DNA of 64,000 nt from an uncultured virus (IMG/VR IMGVR_UViG_3300005294_000013) (IMGVR_UViG_3300005294_000013); one strand, 5' to 3'. Numbered from the stretch's first letter, positions 48,701-56,913 are shown. Translations and numbers: made by a program. The notes: generated by a model from the sequence alone, not told the origin.

Positions 48701-51471
48701 ACCACCTCGATGTGCTGAACCGGGCGATGGAGGGGGTAGAGCGGGTATCGCGGGAGTATGGCGAGCAGCATCAGGCTGCGGTCACCGCGGCGATAAAGAA
48801 CCTCAACCCCGAGTCCAACCACGTTATGACCGAGGCGTCCCGCCTCGACATGAACCCGGCCCACCCGCCTAATCACCCACTGAATAGCCACAGCCGGGCC
48901 ACGGCGGACGAGTTCAAGAAGGTAGTGGACGACTACAACAAGCTGTCCGCAGCGCAGAAGCAGGTAGTCACTGACACCTTCGACTTGACCCGCCAGCAGC
49001 GCGTCGACCGCGGCGACGCCGCCATGCGCGGCCTCGGCAAAGCGTATCTCGAGGGGGTGAGCGACGCCCAGGTCGAGACGATGGTCCGGCAAATGCGGAC
49101 GATGGCGGGCGTCGACGAGATCCTCGCCAACGATACCAACCCCGTCGCACGCGCATTTGGCGACCAGTGGAACAGCAATCGCGATTTTGTTAAGGCTATA
49201 GCGACGGAGTGGAAGCGCGGCTGGATCAACAATTACGTCCCGCTGCACCGCAACGGCGACTGGGTGGTGACTTACACCGACCCCGACACCGGTCAGCCAG
49301 GCATGCTGTCCCGCTACACGAGGCACGAGGCGGAGGTGGCGCGACAAAAGCTAATTGACGAGGGAGCCGAGCCGTCGCTGGTGCTGTCGCGCGAGCGTAG
49401 GACGCCGAGCGATATCCCCCGGCTGTCGATCGTCGACGAGTTTGCCGCCAAGCTGGAGCGCAAGTTCGGCCCCGAGGGGCGCGCCCAAGCCGACGCGGCG
49501 CGCGAACTCTTGACCAAGGTCATGTTGGACCAGTCACGCTTCGCCGGCACCATGCGGAAGCGCCTAGGGGTGCACGGCGCCGACCCGAGCAAGCTGGGCG
49601 AGGCGATGAGCCAGAATTTCCTCGCACTGAAAAACGCGATGGGGCACCTGGAATACGGCCCGCAATACGACGCTGGGCTCGCCGCCATGCGCCGTCACGT
49701 CGGCGAGATGGGGCGCGGCGCCAACACGGTGAAAGTCCGCGGCGAGAACCCCACCAGCGCCGACGTGATCCAGGCGCAGCAAGTTCTCGAAGAGTTTCAG
49801 CGTCGCAAGCCAGTCAGTGAAGACCCCAACAACATCCTGCTGAAGTCGGTCAACAACGCGACGATGTTCACCTACTTTAAGTTCCTCGCCTCGCCGGCCC
49901 AGACCGTGATGAATGGCATCGAGACGTATATGCAGGGTATCCCCCGCATCGGTGCTCAGTTCGGTCTGGGTCGGGCTACGACGGCGATGGCTCGCGCGTC
50001 CGCGGAGATCATGCCCCGGCAGTTTGCCCGCGGCCTGGCCGGCACTAAGGACGTGGCGCTGCGGCGCCTCGATCCCGGCGAGTGGAACAGCGGCGATCAG
50101 ATCAGGGATCACCTGATCCAGAACAGTCGACGCAACGATGCGGCCGGGATCACCGCGTTGTTTAAGCGGCTACAGGACGGCAACCTGATTGGCTATAGCA
50201 GCTATCGTGACCTCCAGAACATGGCGAAGGGCACCAGCGGTCGGCTGCGCGGCGCGGTCGACATGGCGACGGATTTTGTCTCGATTCTCCATAATAAGAT
50301 GGAGGACGCGAATAGGGCGGTGACCGCACTAGCCGCCTACGATGTGCATCTGCAAAAGCACGGCGATCGCGCGGCGGCGATCGACTACGCGGATCGAATC
50401 CTGCGTAAGGCGCAGCCTAACTTCAACCTGTCGAACAAGCCACGCTTCGCCACGCCGCAGGGTAGTTTCGGTGCCTGGGGTATCCCCGTCGCACAGTTTC
50501 GCCAGCACGGCATGTGGGCATACAGCCAAATGGCCCTCGATATCCGCAACGCCTTCAAGGGCGCCGACGCCGCAACAAAGACCGAGGCCCGCTACGCCCT
50601 GGCGTTCACCATCGGCATGCAGACGGTGCTGCTCGGGGCGCTTAACTGGCTGGCCGACCCGCTGCGGTACCTCTGGGGCGCCTATGATTTCCTCTCTGGC
50701 GGTAAGCCGCAGAACCACGAACACGATTTCCGCATGGCTGCCGCTAAAATATTTGGTACGACCGGCGGCGAGTTGTTCTCCCGTGGATTATCGCGAGGGC
50801 TGGGCTACGGTCCAGACATTTCCCACCGCGTCGGTATGATCAACCCACTCCTGATACCGGAGTTCAAGGGCGACTTTAGAAACCCCCAAGATGTGACCTA
50901 CGCCGCGGTGACCGCGCTTGCCGGGGCGCCGGCGATCGGTGCGGGCTCGGAGGTTCTGACTGGCCTCGCTAATTTCGGCGCCGGTAACATCACGCAAGCC
51001 GTAACCGATCTTGTGCCAAAAGTTATTCGTGATCCGCTCAAAGCTTACCGCGGCGAAACCGAGGGGCAGGTAAGCCGGCGCGGCAACATCCAGCAGACGC
51101 CGGAACAAATATCAACCCTCGACACCGTGTACCAAGTGTTTGGCTTCAAGTCTGCGCGTCAGGGCGAGCGCAGCGAACAGACGGGTTCTCAGCGGCAGCT
51201 CTTGGATCAAATCAGAACCAGTCGCGAGGCAGCAACAAAAGAAGCGGCGCACGCTCTAATCAATGGTTCTGCGAGCGAGCGACGCGCTGCAAACGAGATG
51301 GTTGTTGCTCATAACAGGCGCTACCCCGGCTCGCAGATCGATCCGAAAGATGTCTTCGCTTACCGCAAGCGCGAGATCGAGAGGTTGCGCGACCCCACAC
51401 TGACATCAATAACTGTTCCCAAGGGGTTGCAGCCGGCGGTGAGACAGGCTGGAGCATTTGCTAACTACTAA
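42736..51471 (+). CDS. Giant polyvalent internal virion/ejection protein (2911 aa)
   Basis: Last large late gene; HEATH zincin motif, YVPLHRNGDW (PLxRFG-like), helical C-terminal region. Confidence 0.85.
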   Translation: MADPYDDEDVDQREQAAYDQEEAAAQQQLMQPVPGADQTFDFNGQPVTQAIPIVAPVAPQPQQPQQPPQSAPAESFDVTWDTAPQQQQPAPQQQQPAPRAQPQPQPQPQQRSAPALTPYPQVAARANRQQRAEQAAEARFGTIIPSEDTYDVDLKTQPTGGLASVVGLDFSTMGHQISSLAGIGLKQLGASTEYLDHFNEQWQKFNEDLTASLSPDRQAAAGVTVTDPKKLLEVFKEHPGAVLESYLVTGATAIAGGLGAGAAAKLATRTAARLAGVGAAGAARAGQAAGVVGAGVQGGAAGAGARYEDYAHTIDNMTPEEKANSAMYQRFQSQGMDDAGVREQMKRQFPTLQQFGANFAASVGLAAVTPGLRGQMWQRPTRAGNIGIGAVEAGVPGAVGTGASAAIQEQSKVAAGTQPAINWGQVGVEAAIGGGAGGIFGAGTGAFRAGRPREAPPPEPVGPARVDNVTPGGVPPEHTAALNAAGIGRPPEGRVDLAQSPLLLTNPAERPPAPSAGPGGTPLSGDPARLRPDPLTQGPPARYAGGEGIGGTALPPEPGLAAPLRPQLALPPPERQLLLPPPEGVRGPGGPGDFTMGQAPVQPAPMRSPGGAPLGPEPTPASFVRPQPVGPGGIPLRPEPGLAQALPTRPLAAAAGPGGAPLPAEPYRAAPIQRGAPPPGAGPGGTPLGPEPYPSAPVRPPSPMGAGPGGTPLPGEIAPAATARAAAVGPGGAPLRPEPTPAPAPPRPAPIPAGPGGAPLPAEPVRRVPRRVQLPGESPGGTPLPEQQQRAAAPRRLEQAVRGEGFTTQPGRVERRPSEGLSHEELGQRLADLGVSQKVRERLVSRTARAAALDQIEEMRARGREEPAPAPRGAEAREPAPAARPSEGMSHKQLGEALEKLGLSKKEVNQFVNKVQRAAAYDRLVRQEAEAIERVSGTRKGEGEQPTTIRTVMEAGPDETKGHPAGEREDAAWRKLKPERTVSGSYKGAPEWVTKPRHLKQLRNLMKQLIKEGEKGRYWYEDSMKKIMQVTRGNLREAERVTGLIAIYSPQRPVPTNTGFAVKAYGQWRRGEPIRVGSEAQDLKAKQWLDSGQDWGGRKTNNFYLNLMHELITAHPEVLEPGNNRLNLPPDVTAAIKGATVDLWVLRALGHRVDSAGGVTATGSAATKYGFSELEIKRLAGELNASVPVGEQRWLPHQVQAALWSAIKARFELKSVKAATWAESEAAGFAKRNPETGKLEAPSKNGPERQGHMAIWRKHALAADPADVARVIDIARGDFGAALERMAQHITVEAIPSKDLNHPVFNASREARDQFTREAFDLITDEDGNDLVAQKLGVDLGYRTPGSGSYEGRVNPNVVTTLIPEKPAGFFDAVKARQYARAVQYIFRQDAVPIFRADQAHKFGPDFYLVDKDGNRVVDDKGRPLNRFRTQEDAQAAADQRTAAGELTTIRGDKIAHGARLVFKDAFDEASEQRLLTALGRELGDDAGFTKIGDNEAVVVNFRGDDGLPFIAKDRDFRAAVDRIVADTDIGVDHVTHFALEGEYGPVQDWKGGSAPARGLAADAGGSPDFQRYLQDRHAAFGKLLDDWSDPEARLAASQPRDGGGVGPSGRSTLELPQARAPPDQRAARERAAERRAAGVEATPEDLPPPREDRPLDASRAQRDQPTAESPLSRVMKDPRVNDPVRAAIDAGGSLHDGLRAIANDPYTNRRLPHVAAYARTMLRLAPDLELRPSETVRRGAFVSDLDLTTGRRAEHIQVREKSAEVLLHEATHSVAGHYIDSLQPGSREFQVLTTIRDEFRRGAEAHGRLGDEQVAYALSNPHELHSMLRTNPEMHDLMRGIVPTAEYRARMAQLGYPVGPAKSLWQSFVRFIRQALKLPQNVTSLMDHVMRPLDDIAEAGARYNRDLPAPTRDSVVYRRGWEQEPLVARTERELPTFSQVRDSVNEWREGRAGNVSSGFRRGVRQGMPTEQLTGFNRHLFQPSTGGENHLDVLNRAMEGVERVSREYGEQHQAAVTAAIKNLNPESNHVMTEASRLDMNPAHPPNHPLNSHSRATADEFKKVVDDYNKLSAAQKQVVTDTFDLTRQQRVDRGDAAMRGLGKAYLEGVSDAQVETMVRQMRTMAGVDEILANDTNPVARAFGDQWNSNRDFVKAIATEWKRGWINNYVPLHRNGDWVVTYTDPDTGQPGMLSRYTRHEAEVARQKLIDEGAEPSLVLSRERRTPSDIPRLSIVDEFAAKLERKFGPEGRAQADAARELLTKVMLDQSRFAGTMRKRLGVHGADPSKLGEAMSQNFLALKNAMGHLEYGPQYDAGLAAMRRHVGEMGRGANTVKVRGENPTSADVIQAQQVLEEFQRRKPVSEDPNNILLKSVNNATMFTYFKFLASPAQTVMNGIETYMQGIPRIGAQFGLGRATTAMARASAEIMPRQFARGLAGTKDVALRRLDPGEWNSGDQIRDHLIQNSRRNDAAGITALFKRLQDGNLIGYSSYRDLQNMAKGTSGRLRGAVDMATDFVSILHNKMEDANRAVTALAAYDVHLQKHGDRAAAIDYADRILRKAQPNFNLSNKPRFATPQGSFGAWGIPVAQFRQHGMWAYSQMALDIRNAFKGADAATKTEARYALAFTIGMQTVLLGALNWLADPLRYLWGAYDFLSGGKPQNHEHDFRMAAAKIFGTTGGELFSRGLSRGLGYGPDISHRVGMINPLLIPEFKGDFRNPQDVTYAAVTALAGAPAIGAGSEVLTGLANFGAGNITQAVTDLVPKVIRDPLKAYRGETEGQVSRRGNIQQTPEQISTLDTVYQVFGFKSARQGERSEQTGSQRQLLDQIRTSREAATKEAAHALINGSASERRAANEMVVAHNRRYPGSQIDPKDVFAYRKREIERLRDPTLTSITVPKGLQPAVRQAGAFANY

Positions 51472-51697
51472 CTGTGGAGAACGATATGAACCCAGCCGGG
51501 CTGGCGCAAGCAGTAGTAGAGGCAGCAAACCCTCTCCCCCAAAATCGGTTTAACGCCGCTCGTGGATATATAGAACGACAACCGTGTATGAACCCACTAG
51601 GGCCGTTAGTGTGGACTACCGTCGAGGCGCGAGTGTTTGCAAAAGCGGGGAGCCGTTGGCGGGATATGACCAACGGGGTGTTTTGGATGGTAGGTGA

Positions 51698-51922
51698 GTG
51701 ATGGGTTCTTTAATCATCGGATTGTTGTGGGTACTTCTGGCGGTAGTTCTTATCGCTGGAGTGTTCCTCGCCGTGCTCTGGGTATTGCGCTATATCGGTC
51801 TGCCGGTGCCGCCCCAGGTAGACAAATTCGGGTTATTGATCATCGCCCTGCTGGCGTTGATCTGGATAGTCACGCTGGTCCTCGGCGGTGCTGCGCCGTT
51901 CCACGGGTTATCTCTGAAATGA
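51698..51922 (+). CDS. Two-TM membrane protein, holin candidate
   Basis: Two hydrophobic segments separated by GLPVPP. Confidence 0.55.
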   Translation: MMGSLIIGLLWVLLAVVLIAGVFLAVLWVLRYIGLPVPPQVDKFGLLIIALLALIWIVTLVLGGAAPFHGLSLK

Positions 51923-52106
51923 TCACCCGCGGTCGTTGGTCCCCCCTCTATGGACCATCGCGCATCCCCTCGACCGTGCCGCCGGAGGAACCGCCGGCTG
52001 GCACCGAGGAAGAGCAATACAGCGCCGACATGCAGCGGCGCATGCTGGAGTTTGAGCTGGACCCCGCCAACTTTTTCAAGATGCCGCGGGGCAGCGGCTA
52101 AAGAAA

Positions 52107-52355
52107 ATGGATATACTGGCTGCCGCGTTGTCTCTGATCCTGTTGCACCGGGCGGACGGTGGTGAGGTCGCGGTTATCCCAGCCCACATCGCCAGCATAC
52201 ACGCAAAGGCGCCGCCGACAGACGCAAAAAATAAATTGCTCTCTCCGGCAGCGCGCTGCGTCCTCTGGATGGACGACGGCAAACTACTCGCGGTGTTGGA
52301 AACCTGCGACGCGATTAAGAAATTATTGGATGAGGCGACGGGCGAGCTAAAATGA
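52107..52355 (+). CDS. Small protein with FlbD-like pattern
   Basis: LILLHRADGGEVAV...I..I...VLWMDDGKLLAVLETCDAI. Confidence 0.5.
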   Translation: MDILAAALSLILLHRADGGEVAVIPAHIASIHAKAPPTDAKNKLLSPAARCVLWMDDGKLLAVLETCDAIKKLLDEATGELK

Positions 52356-52441
52356 CGACGCCAGCCTGGGGAGTCCCAATGACTCAGGCTGGCGTCGGGA
52401 CGCCGGGGCCGACTGGCAACCCCGGCATCTAGGAGGGAACG

Positions 52442-52522
52442 ATGGATCAGACCCGTCGTAAACTCCTGCTACTGACTATACGGTTTGGACCCTTTCGGGT
52501 CAAGATCGTCATAGCTCTGTAG
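52442..52522 (+). CDS. 26-aa basic/hydrophobic peptide
   Basis: SD GGAGGG; MDQTRRKLLLLTIRFGPFRVKIVIAL. Confidence 0.45.
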   Translation: MDQTRRKLLLLTIRFGPFRVKIVIAL

Positions 52523-52529
52523 TAGGAGG

Positions 52530-52553
52530 GGGAGCCGGCGTGAGCCGGCTCCC
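52530..52553. terminator. GC hairpin between convergent genes
   Basis: GGGAGCCGGC-GTGA-GCCGGCTCCC; no clear U-tract. Confidence 0.5.
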
Positions 52554-52565
52554 TATCCCTCCGCT

Positions 52566-52967
52566 TCACGCTAGCACGTACTTCCGCCCCTCGTTGCGTG
52601 CCAGGGTGCCGTTCTTAATCAGCGCAGTCAGTGCGTTGGATACCGCCATCTCGCCTGACTTATCGCCCTTCACGCCGATTGTTTCGAGCAACTCTCCACG
52701 CGCGAGCCCCTCCAGTGGAACTTGACGCAGCGCATCGACAATGGCACTACGCCGACTGCCGGGGCGCCGTTGGTTTTGGTGTGGGCGGTGAGCCGCTGGT
52801 ATCTTCCCAGCCTTAGCCGCCGCATAGGCGTCGATCGCCTGCATGTCGCGGTCGAGCTGCGTCAACTGCGTCTCGATTTCAATCTTCCGCTCGAGCAGTG
52901 CATCGCGCTCGCCGTAGATGCGCGCCCGCTCCTGATCCATGTATTGGGCAAAATCGATCATATTCAT
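52566..52967 (-). CDS. Coiled-coil plus winged-helix DNA-binding protein
   Basis: N-terminal heptads; GLARGELLETIG...VSNALTALIKNGTLARNEGRKY; SD AAGGAG. Confidence 0.75.
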   Translation of the reverse strand: MNMIDFAQYMDQERARIYGERDALLERKIEIETQLTQLDRDMQAIDAYAAAKAGKIPAAHRPHQNQRRPGSRRSAIVDALRQVPLEGLARGELLETIGVKGDKSGEMAVSNALTALIKNGTLARNEGRKYVLA

Positions 52968-53016
52968 AGCTCCTTCCTATAAGGGTACTATGAATATACG
53001 CAGACCAAACTGTGTT

Positions 53017-53253
53017 TCAACCAGGATGTGTGAGCGCCCGCGCCAGCGCACCAAACCCTTCCCAGATCGTGTAATCCCCCCAGGCGCGGACCTCGCACTG
53101 GGTATCAGCGCTCGCCAACACAGCGACGATGAATCGTAGGTCGGGCTGCTCACCCCGCTCAATCTCGTCGGCCAGCTCGCGAAGCTGGCGGGGGATGTCT
53201 CGGTATGCTCCGGCGTCGAGGGGTACGATCTTTGCTGTCATGAATGTGTCCAC
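53017..53253 (-). CDS. Small hypothetical protein
   Basis: DIPRQLRELADEIERGE; SD GAGGTG. Confidence 0.6.
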   Translation of the reverse strand: MDTFMTAKIVPLDAGAYRDIPRQLRELADEIERGEQPDLRFIVAVLASADTQCEVRAWGDYTIWEGFGALARALTHPG

Positions 53254-53462
53254 CTCATATTCAGCGGAGCTAGATGACGGCGGCGTTGCGCCGTCGCGCG
53301 GCGGTTGCGCTGCGCTCGCATGTAGATCTGGTCGTCTTCTACCCAGAACACTAGGTCATGCACGAGACCGCAATCGCAGCAGGCGATCCGGTATGTCGGA
53401 CCGACCGGGATGTCTCGGGTCCAGCCTTCCACCTCGATCTCCTGGGTATATTTAGCTTTCAT
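53238..53462 (-). CDS. Small Cys-rich phage protein
   Basis: RIACCDCGLVHDLVF. Confidence 0.65.
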   Translation of the reverse strand: MKAKYTQEIEVEGWTRDIPVGPTYRIACCDCGLVHDLVFWVEDDQIYMRAQRNRRATAQRRRHLAPLNMRWTHS

Positions 53463-53705
53463 CGAGGGTCGATCATAGCCGCGAGTTCAAGGTCGGTGAA
53501 CCTCGTCGTAACGCTTATCCCAGCGCCGTCATGGCGGCTCCTGCGTGATGTTCAGGACGATCCTTGGCTGCCTACCCGGCACTGGCGTCTCGCCGGGTTT
53601 GAGCAACCGAGCTAGCCAGTAGGGGATGGGGATCGAGTAGGTACGCTCGATCCGCCCAGGAGGATCGTCAGGGTCGCGGAACTGAATAAACGGAAACCAC
53701 ATAGG

Positions 53706-53906
53706 CTAGGTCACCTTCAGGGGTTGCGGCATCATCTCGATAACGCATGCTCCGCAGTATTGATAGTTAACGGGTTCTTTGTTCGGGTGGGCTGTAAATT
53801 GCAGCAATATCCCGCCACGCTGTAACCCATGTGTGGGGCACTCTAGCCCTTCTTTTGAACTCCACGAGCCGAAATCAAACGGCAAGTACGTAGATGGTGT
53901 TTGCAT
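53706..53906 (-). CDS. Small zinc-finger-like protein
   Basis: CPTH...YCGAC; TAATG-coupled. Confidence 0.55.
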   Translation of the reverse strand: MQTPSTYLPFDFGSWSSKEGLECPTHGLQRGGILLQFTAHPNKEPVNYQYCGACVIEMMPQPLKVT

Positions 53907-55033
53907 TAGCCTACCTCCCCCTCGTCAAACTTATCGAGGTAGCCCGCAACGAGCCGAATAAACCACGCGCGACGTTGGAGCAGTACCTTTAGAGTGTTAC
54001 GGTCTTTTTGACTGAGACTATTAAAGTCCTCGACGCTAGGTGCGGTATCGTTGCTGATAATCGGGGGGTTATATTCTTCCTCGCTACTGACAAACTGCAC
54101 CGCTTTACCGACCCCGGCGAGGACTTTATGGAAGCGCTTCATCAGCCGTTGCTGCGCGATCTGGTCTAGGGTGTAGATCTGAATACGCCCACCGACCTTG
54201 TCGACGTGAGCATCGTCGTTGGTCCACCCCGGCGGGTACCCCTCGGCCTGCTGTTTCCCCCAGTCGACGGAGCCCATGCCGCGTTCCTCGCGGGTCATTT
54301 CCCATCGGGGCGAGTGCGCTAGCCGGCGTGCCGCAATCTGCTCCAGCGTTAACCGGGGCGGCGGCGCCGGTTTAGCCGGCTTGGCGGTAAGCGGCGACGC
54401 TGGCAGTTCTCCAGCCTCCCTGAGCCGCGACTTGAGCCCCGACACAGTGCCGATGGAAACGCCGTGACGCAGTGCAACTTCCTGTTGTGCCATCGGGTTG
54501 TTTTTGAGATCGGCGACAATAGCGGCGCGGGTTTCAGCGCTGATTTTACCCGCAACTGGGTAGGACTTCCCATCGGTACCAACCACTTTCGCGGTTTCAG
54601 GTGCGGAAGGTTCCGCACCTGAACGAATAGCTGCTGCTACCGTCTTATCGTCGACGTGGGCTAGCTTGGCAATTTGCCGATTGCTCGCATTTGGATTCCG
54701 CCTTTTGTATTCGCGGATAATATCCTGCTGCTGAGCGCTGGTTAGGTGCCGGCGCCGCAAATTAGCGCCGATGATATATGCGAACACGTCCTGGTCGGGA
54801 CGCAGCCGCTCGTAGCGCGGCTCGACATCGGCGATCTCACAGGCTTTCTCGCGGTTGCGCCCGTCGACCAACAAGGCGCCGTCAGATGTCAGCTTGATGG
54901 GCTGTTGCAGCCCGTTGGTTTCGATGTCGGTAGCCAGTTCAAACAGCTCGGTTGCCGACATCATGGGGAACAACTCCGCATCAGGGTGATGCGGTATCGG
55001 CTCGCGGGGGAAGAGTCGGGTAACAGTAGACAT
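53906..55033 (-). CDS. ParB N-terminal-like domain protein with HTH segments
   Basis: HPDAELFPMM...DIETNGLQQPI...LVDGRNREKAC...NLRRRHLT; SNRQIAKLAHVDDKTV. Confidence 0.85.
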   Translation of the reverse strand: MSTVTRLFPREPIPHHPDAELFPMMSATELFELATDIETNGLQQPIKLTSDGALLVDGRNREKACEIADVEPRYERLRPDQDVFAYIIGANLRRRHLTSAQQQDIIREYKRRNPNASNRQIAKLAHVDDKTVAAAIRSGAEPSAPETAKVVGTDGKSYPVAGKISAETRAAIVADLKNNPMAQQEVALRHGVSIGTVSGLKSRLREAGELPASPLTAKPAKPAPPPRLTLEQIAARRLAHSPRWEMTREERGMGSVDWGKQQAEGYPPGWTNDDAHVDKVGGRIQIYTLDQIAQQRLMKRFHKVLAGVGKAVQFVSSEEEYNPPIISNDTAPSVEDFNSLSQKDRNTLKVLLQRRAWFIRLVAGYLDKFDEGEVG

Positions 55034-55044
55034 GGGGGGACTCC

Positions 55045-55076
55045 AAGAAAGAAGGGGCGGGGGTTGCCCCCCGCCC
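55045..55076 (-). terminator. Intrinsic terminator/attenuator between the two ParB-like genes
   Basis: 9-bp GC stem 55055-63/55068-76 followed by CTTCTTTCTT on minus strand. Confidence 0.55.
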
Positions 55077-55082
55077 GGTTAG

Positions 55083-56096
55083 CTACTCGGCGGCCAGTTG
55101 CTCTGGCTCATCCGGGCGCTCGATCTGCGGGTACGGATCTTCGACCCCCAGATTGAGCTTCTTTCCTGGTACCGTCTTGCCCTCGCGCCACAGGTTGAAC
55201 GTCAGCATCGCCAGCGCGAGGATCTTGGTGTCCCCCAGCTTCAGCTTGGCCTTGGCCGAGCCCAGCGGTGCCCCCTTGGCGGTTTCGTGCTCGTCGAGGC
55301 GCTTCTGGAGCACCGCGACGGGGTGGGTGGGGGGAAGGCTCTCTTCCGACAACATCGGAAAGAAGTCTTCCAGCACACCCGAGCCATACGCCTCCTTGAT
55401 CTTCCAGGCGAGGAACGTCGCGACGTTCCTGTCGTCGAGACGGCGTGCCGCCGCGGGGTAGACGTTGCGGACCAGATGCGCCGCCTCGCCCAGCGTCGGA
55501 TGCGCCTTGGCGTAGTCGAGGATGTCGATGTTGGTGATCGGCGACACCGGCATCCGGCCGTAGTAGTTAAGGTTCTTCTCTTCGTAGGGGATAGCCAGCT
55601 TCTTAATGATGTTGCTGAGCTGGTTGCTCAACCCGTTGACCCCGGCGCAGTGCAACGTGTCTTCGCCGGTACGGGACACCCCATTGTCGATGTAGGCAAA
55701 CAACTGGTCGTTATGCGGCACATCTGAAACAACGTAGCTCTCGAAAGAGCAGTTGGACAGATAGCATGCCATCAAGCGATGACCCGCATCTTCGAGGTCG
55801 CCCTGATCGGTGAGAATGATCGACTCGCCGGTCTTCATCCAGCGCTTGTTCGCCATCTGGATGGCGTAACGGAACACGTCAGGCCAGCGCAGCTTGCGAT
55901 TGTGTTTGTTGCAGAGAAGCAACTGCTCGGCGAGCTGGGGGGTGATCGTGTGCCAGCCATTCGGCAGGTTAATCACCGGGCGCGGCTGAACTGCCGCCCA
56001 GGTCCGAAACTGCTCAACTGCGTGCTGGAAGGCTTGTGGTCCCGCGGCGAGATCGACACGCACTTGGGGCTTCCACGGGGTTGCCGTGTCACTCAT
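55083..56096 (-). CDS. ParB/sulfiredoxin-like N-terminal domain protein
   Basis: ITPQLAEQLL..N.HNRKL...YAIQM...W..TGESI......LEDAGHRL (DGQHRL variant); SD AAGGA. Confidence 0.7.
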   Translation of the reverse strand: MSDTATPWKPQVRVDLAAGPQAFQHAVEQFRTWAAVQPRPVINLPNGWHTITPQLAEQLLLCNKHNRKLRWPDVFRYAIQMANKRWMKTGESIILTDQGDLEDAGHRLMACYLSNCSFESYVVSDVPHNDQLFAYIDNGVSRTGEDTLHCAGVNGLSNQLSNIIKKLAIPYEEKNLNYYGRMPVSPITNIDILDYAKAHPTLGEAAHLVRNVYPAAARRLDDRNVATFLAWKIKEAYGSGVLEDFFPMLSEESLPPTHPVAVLQKRLDEHETAKGAPLGSAKAKLKLGDTKILALAMLTFNLWREGKTVPGKKLNLGVEDPYPQIERPDEPEQLAAE

Positions 56097-56209
56097 GGTA
56101 TAGTCCTTCTATATGCGAGGGATCAATCCGGGGCCGGGATGGCCCCTATTGCCGATCGCCTCATAGGTATAGGTTACCCTTACGGGCCGTGCAAGGAGTT
56201 TTTTTGATC

Positions 56210-56416
56210 GTGGGCTCTGACCGTGTCGATGAAGGACTGAAACGCGCGCTGGTGGCGATAGGCGGCTACGGCGCACTAGCGCGGGCGCTTGGGATTACTA
56301 AGGGGGCAGTCTGGCAATGGCGGCAAGTGCCGCCTCGGCACGTCATAACGATCGAGCGGCTCACCGGTATTCCGCGCGAGGTGCTGCGGCCGGACCTGCA
56401 TCCATCAAGGGAGTAG
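56210..56416 (+). CDS. Cro/YdaS-like repressor
   Basis: GGYGALARALGITKGAVWQW.QVP...IERLTGIPREVLRPDL; SD AAGGAG (start TTG 56204 or GTG 56210). Confidence 0.85.
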   Translation: MGSDRVDEGLKRALVAIGGYGALARALGITKGAVWQWRQVPPRHVITIERLTGIPREVLRPDLHPSRE

Positions 56417-56420
56417 AGAC

Positions 56421-56649
56421 GATGCACTGGGCCTTGTTGTGGGCGTCGGCGCTGATCGGCGCTGGCGTGGGTATATTCGTAGCCGTCGACACGTTCCTCG
56501 ACGGCTCCCCCTCACGTAGCCGCGCCGTGTGCGACCGCTACGTGCAGACGCTGTTGCAGTCTACCGATCCGGTCGAGATCGCCCGCGCCGGCATCATCAT
56601 CCGCGAAATGCCCTGTAGTCTGCGGCGGCGCCTACCCCCTACGAATTAG
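56421..56649 (+). CDS. Small membrane-anchored protein
   Basis: MHWALLWASALIGAGVGIFVAV; SD GGGAG; start approximate. Confidence 0.55.
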
Positions 56650-56910
56650 CAGGTCTTTTACTGGGTTTTTAAAAAATTATCACTGTAAGCGATTGATATT
56701 GGCTGCGTTGTGGCGGAACGGCACTCCACGGTACCTATGTCTCTCATAGTCTCAGGAAGTCCACAACTCCTTGATCGGGCTGCATTACGCTCCTATAAGA
56801 GTCTCAGTTAGTCTCAGAACGTCTCAGATAATCCCACTTGAATTGTTGGGTTGGACGACGTATTTGACAGATGTGACCGCGGAATCCTCCGCCACATAGA
56901 GGGCTGACGA
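56650..56910. other. attP-like region
   Basis: Non-coding stretch upstream of integrase with IHF consensus (56686-98), GTCTCAG at 56749/56801/56811/56821, inverted TGTGGCGGA/TCCGCCACA. Confidence 0.6.
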
Positions 56911-56913
56911 GTT

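Noticed and set aside
56875..56896. tRNA gene at the att site
   Set aside because: Only a short 3'-end-like TCCGCCA; no cloverleaf or intact T-loop. No tRNA was recognised anywhere by eye.
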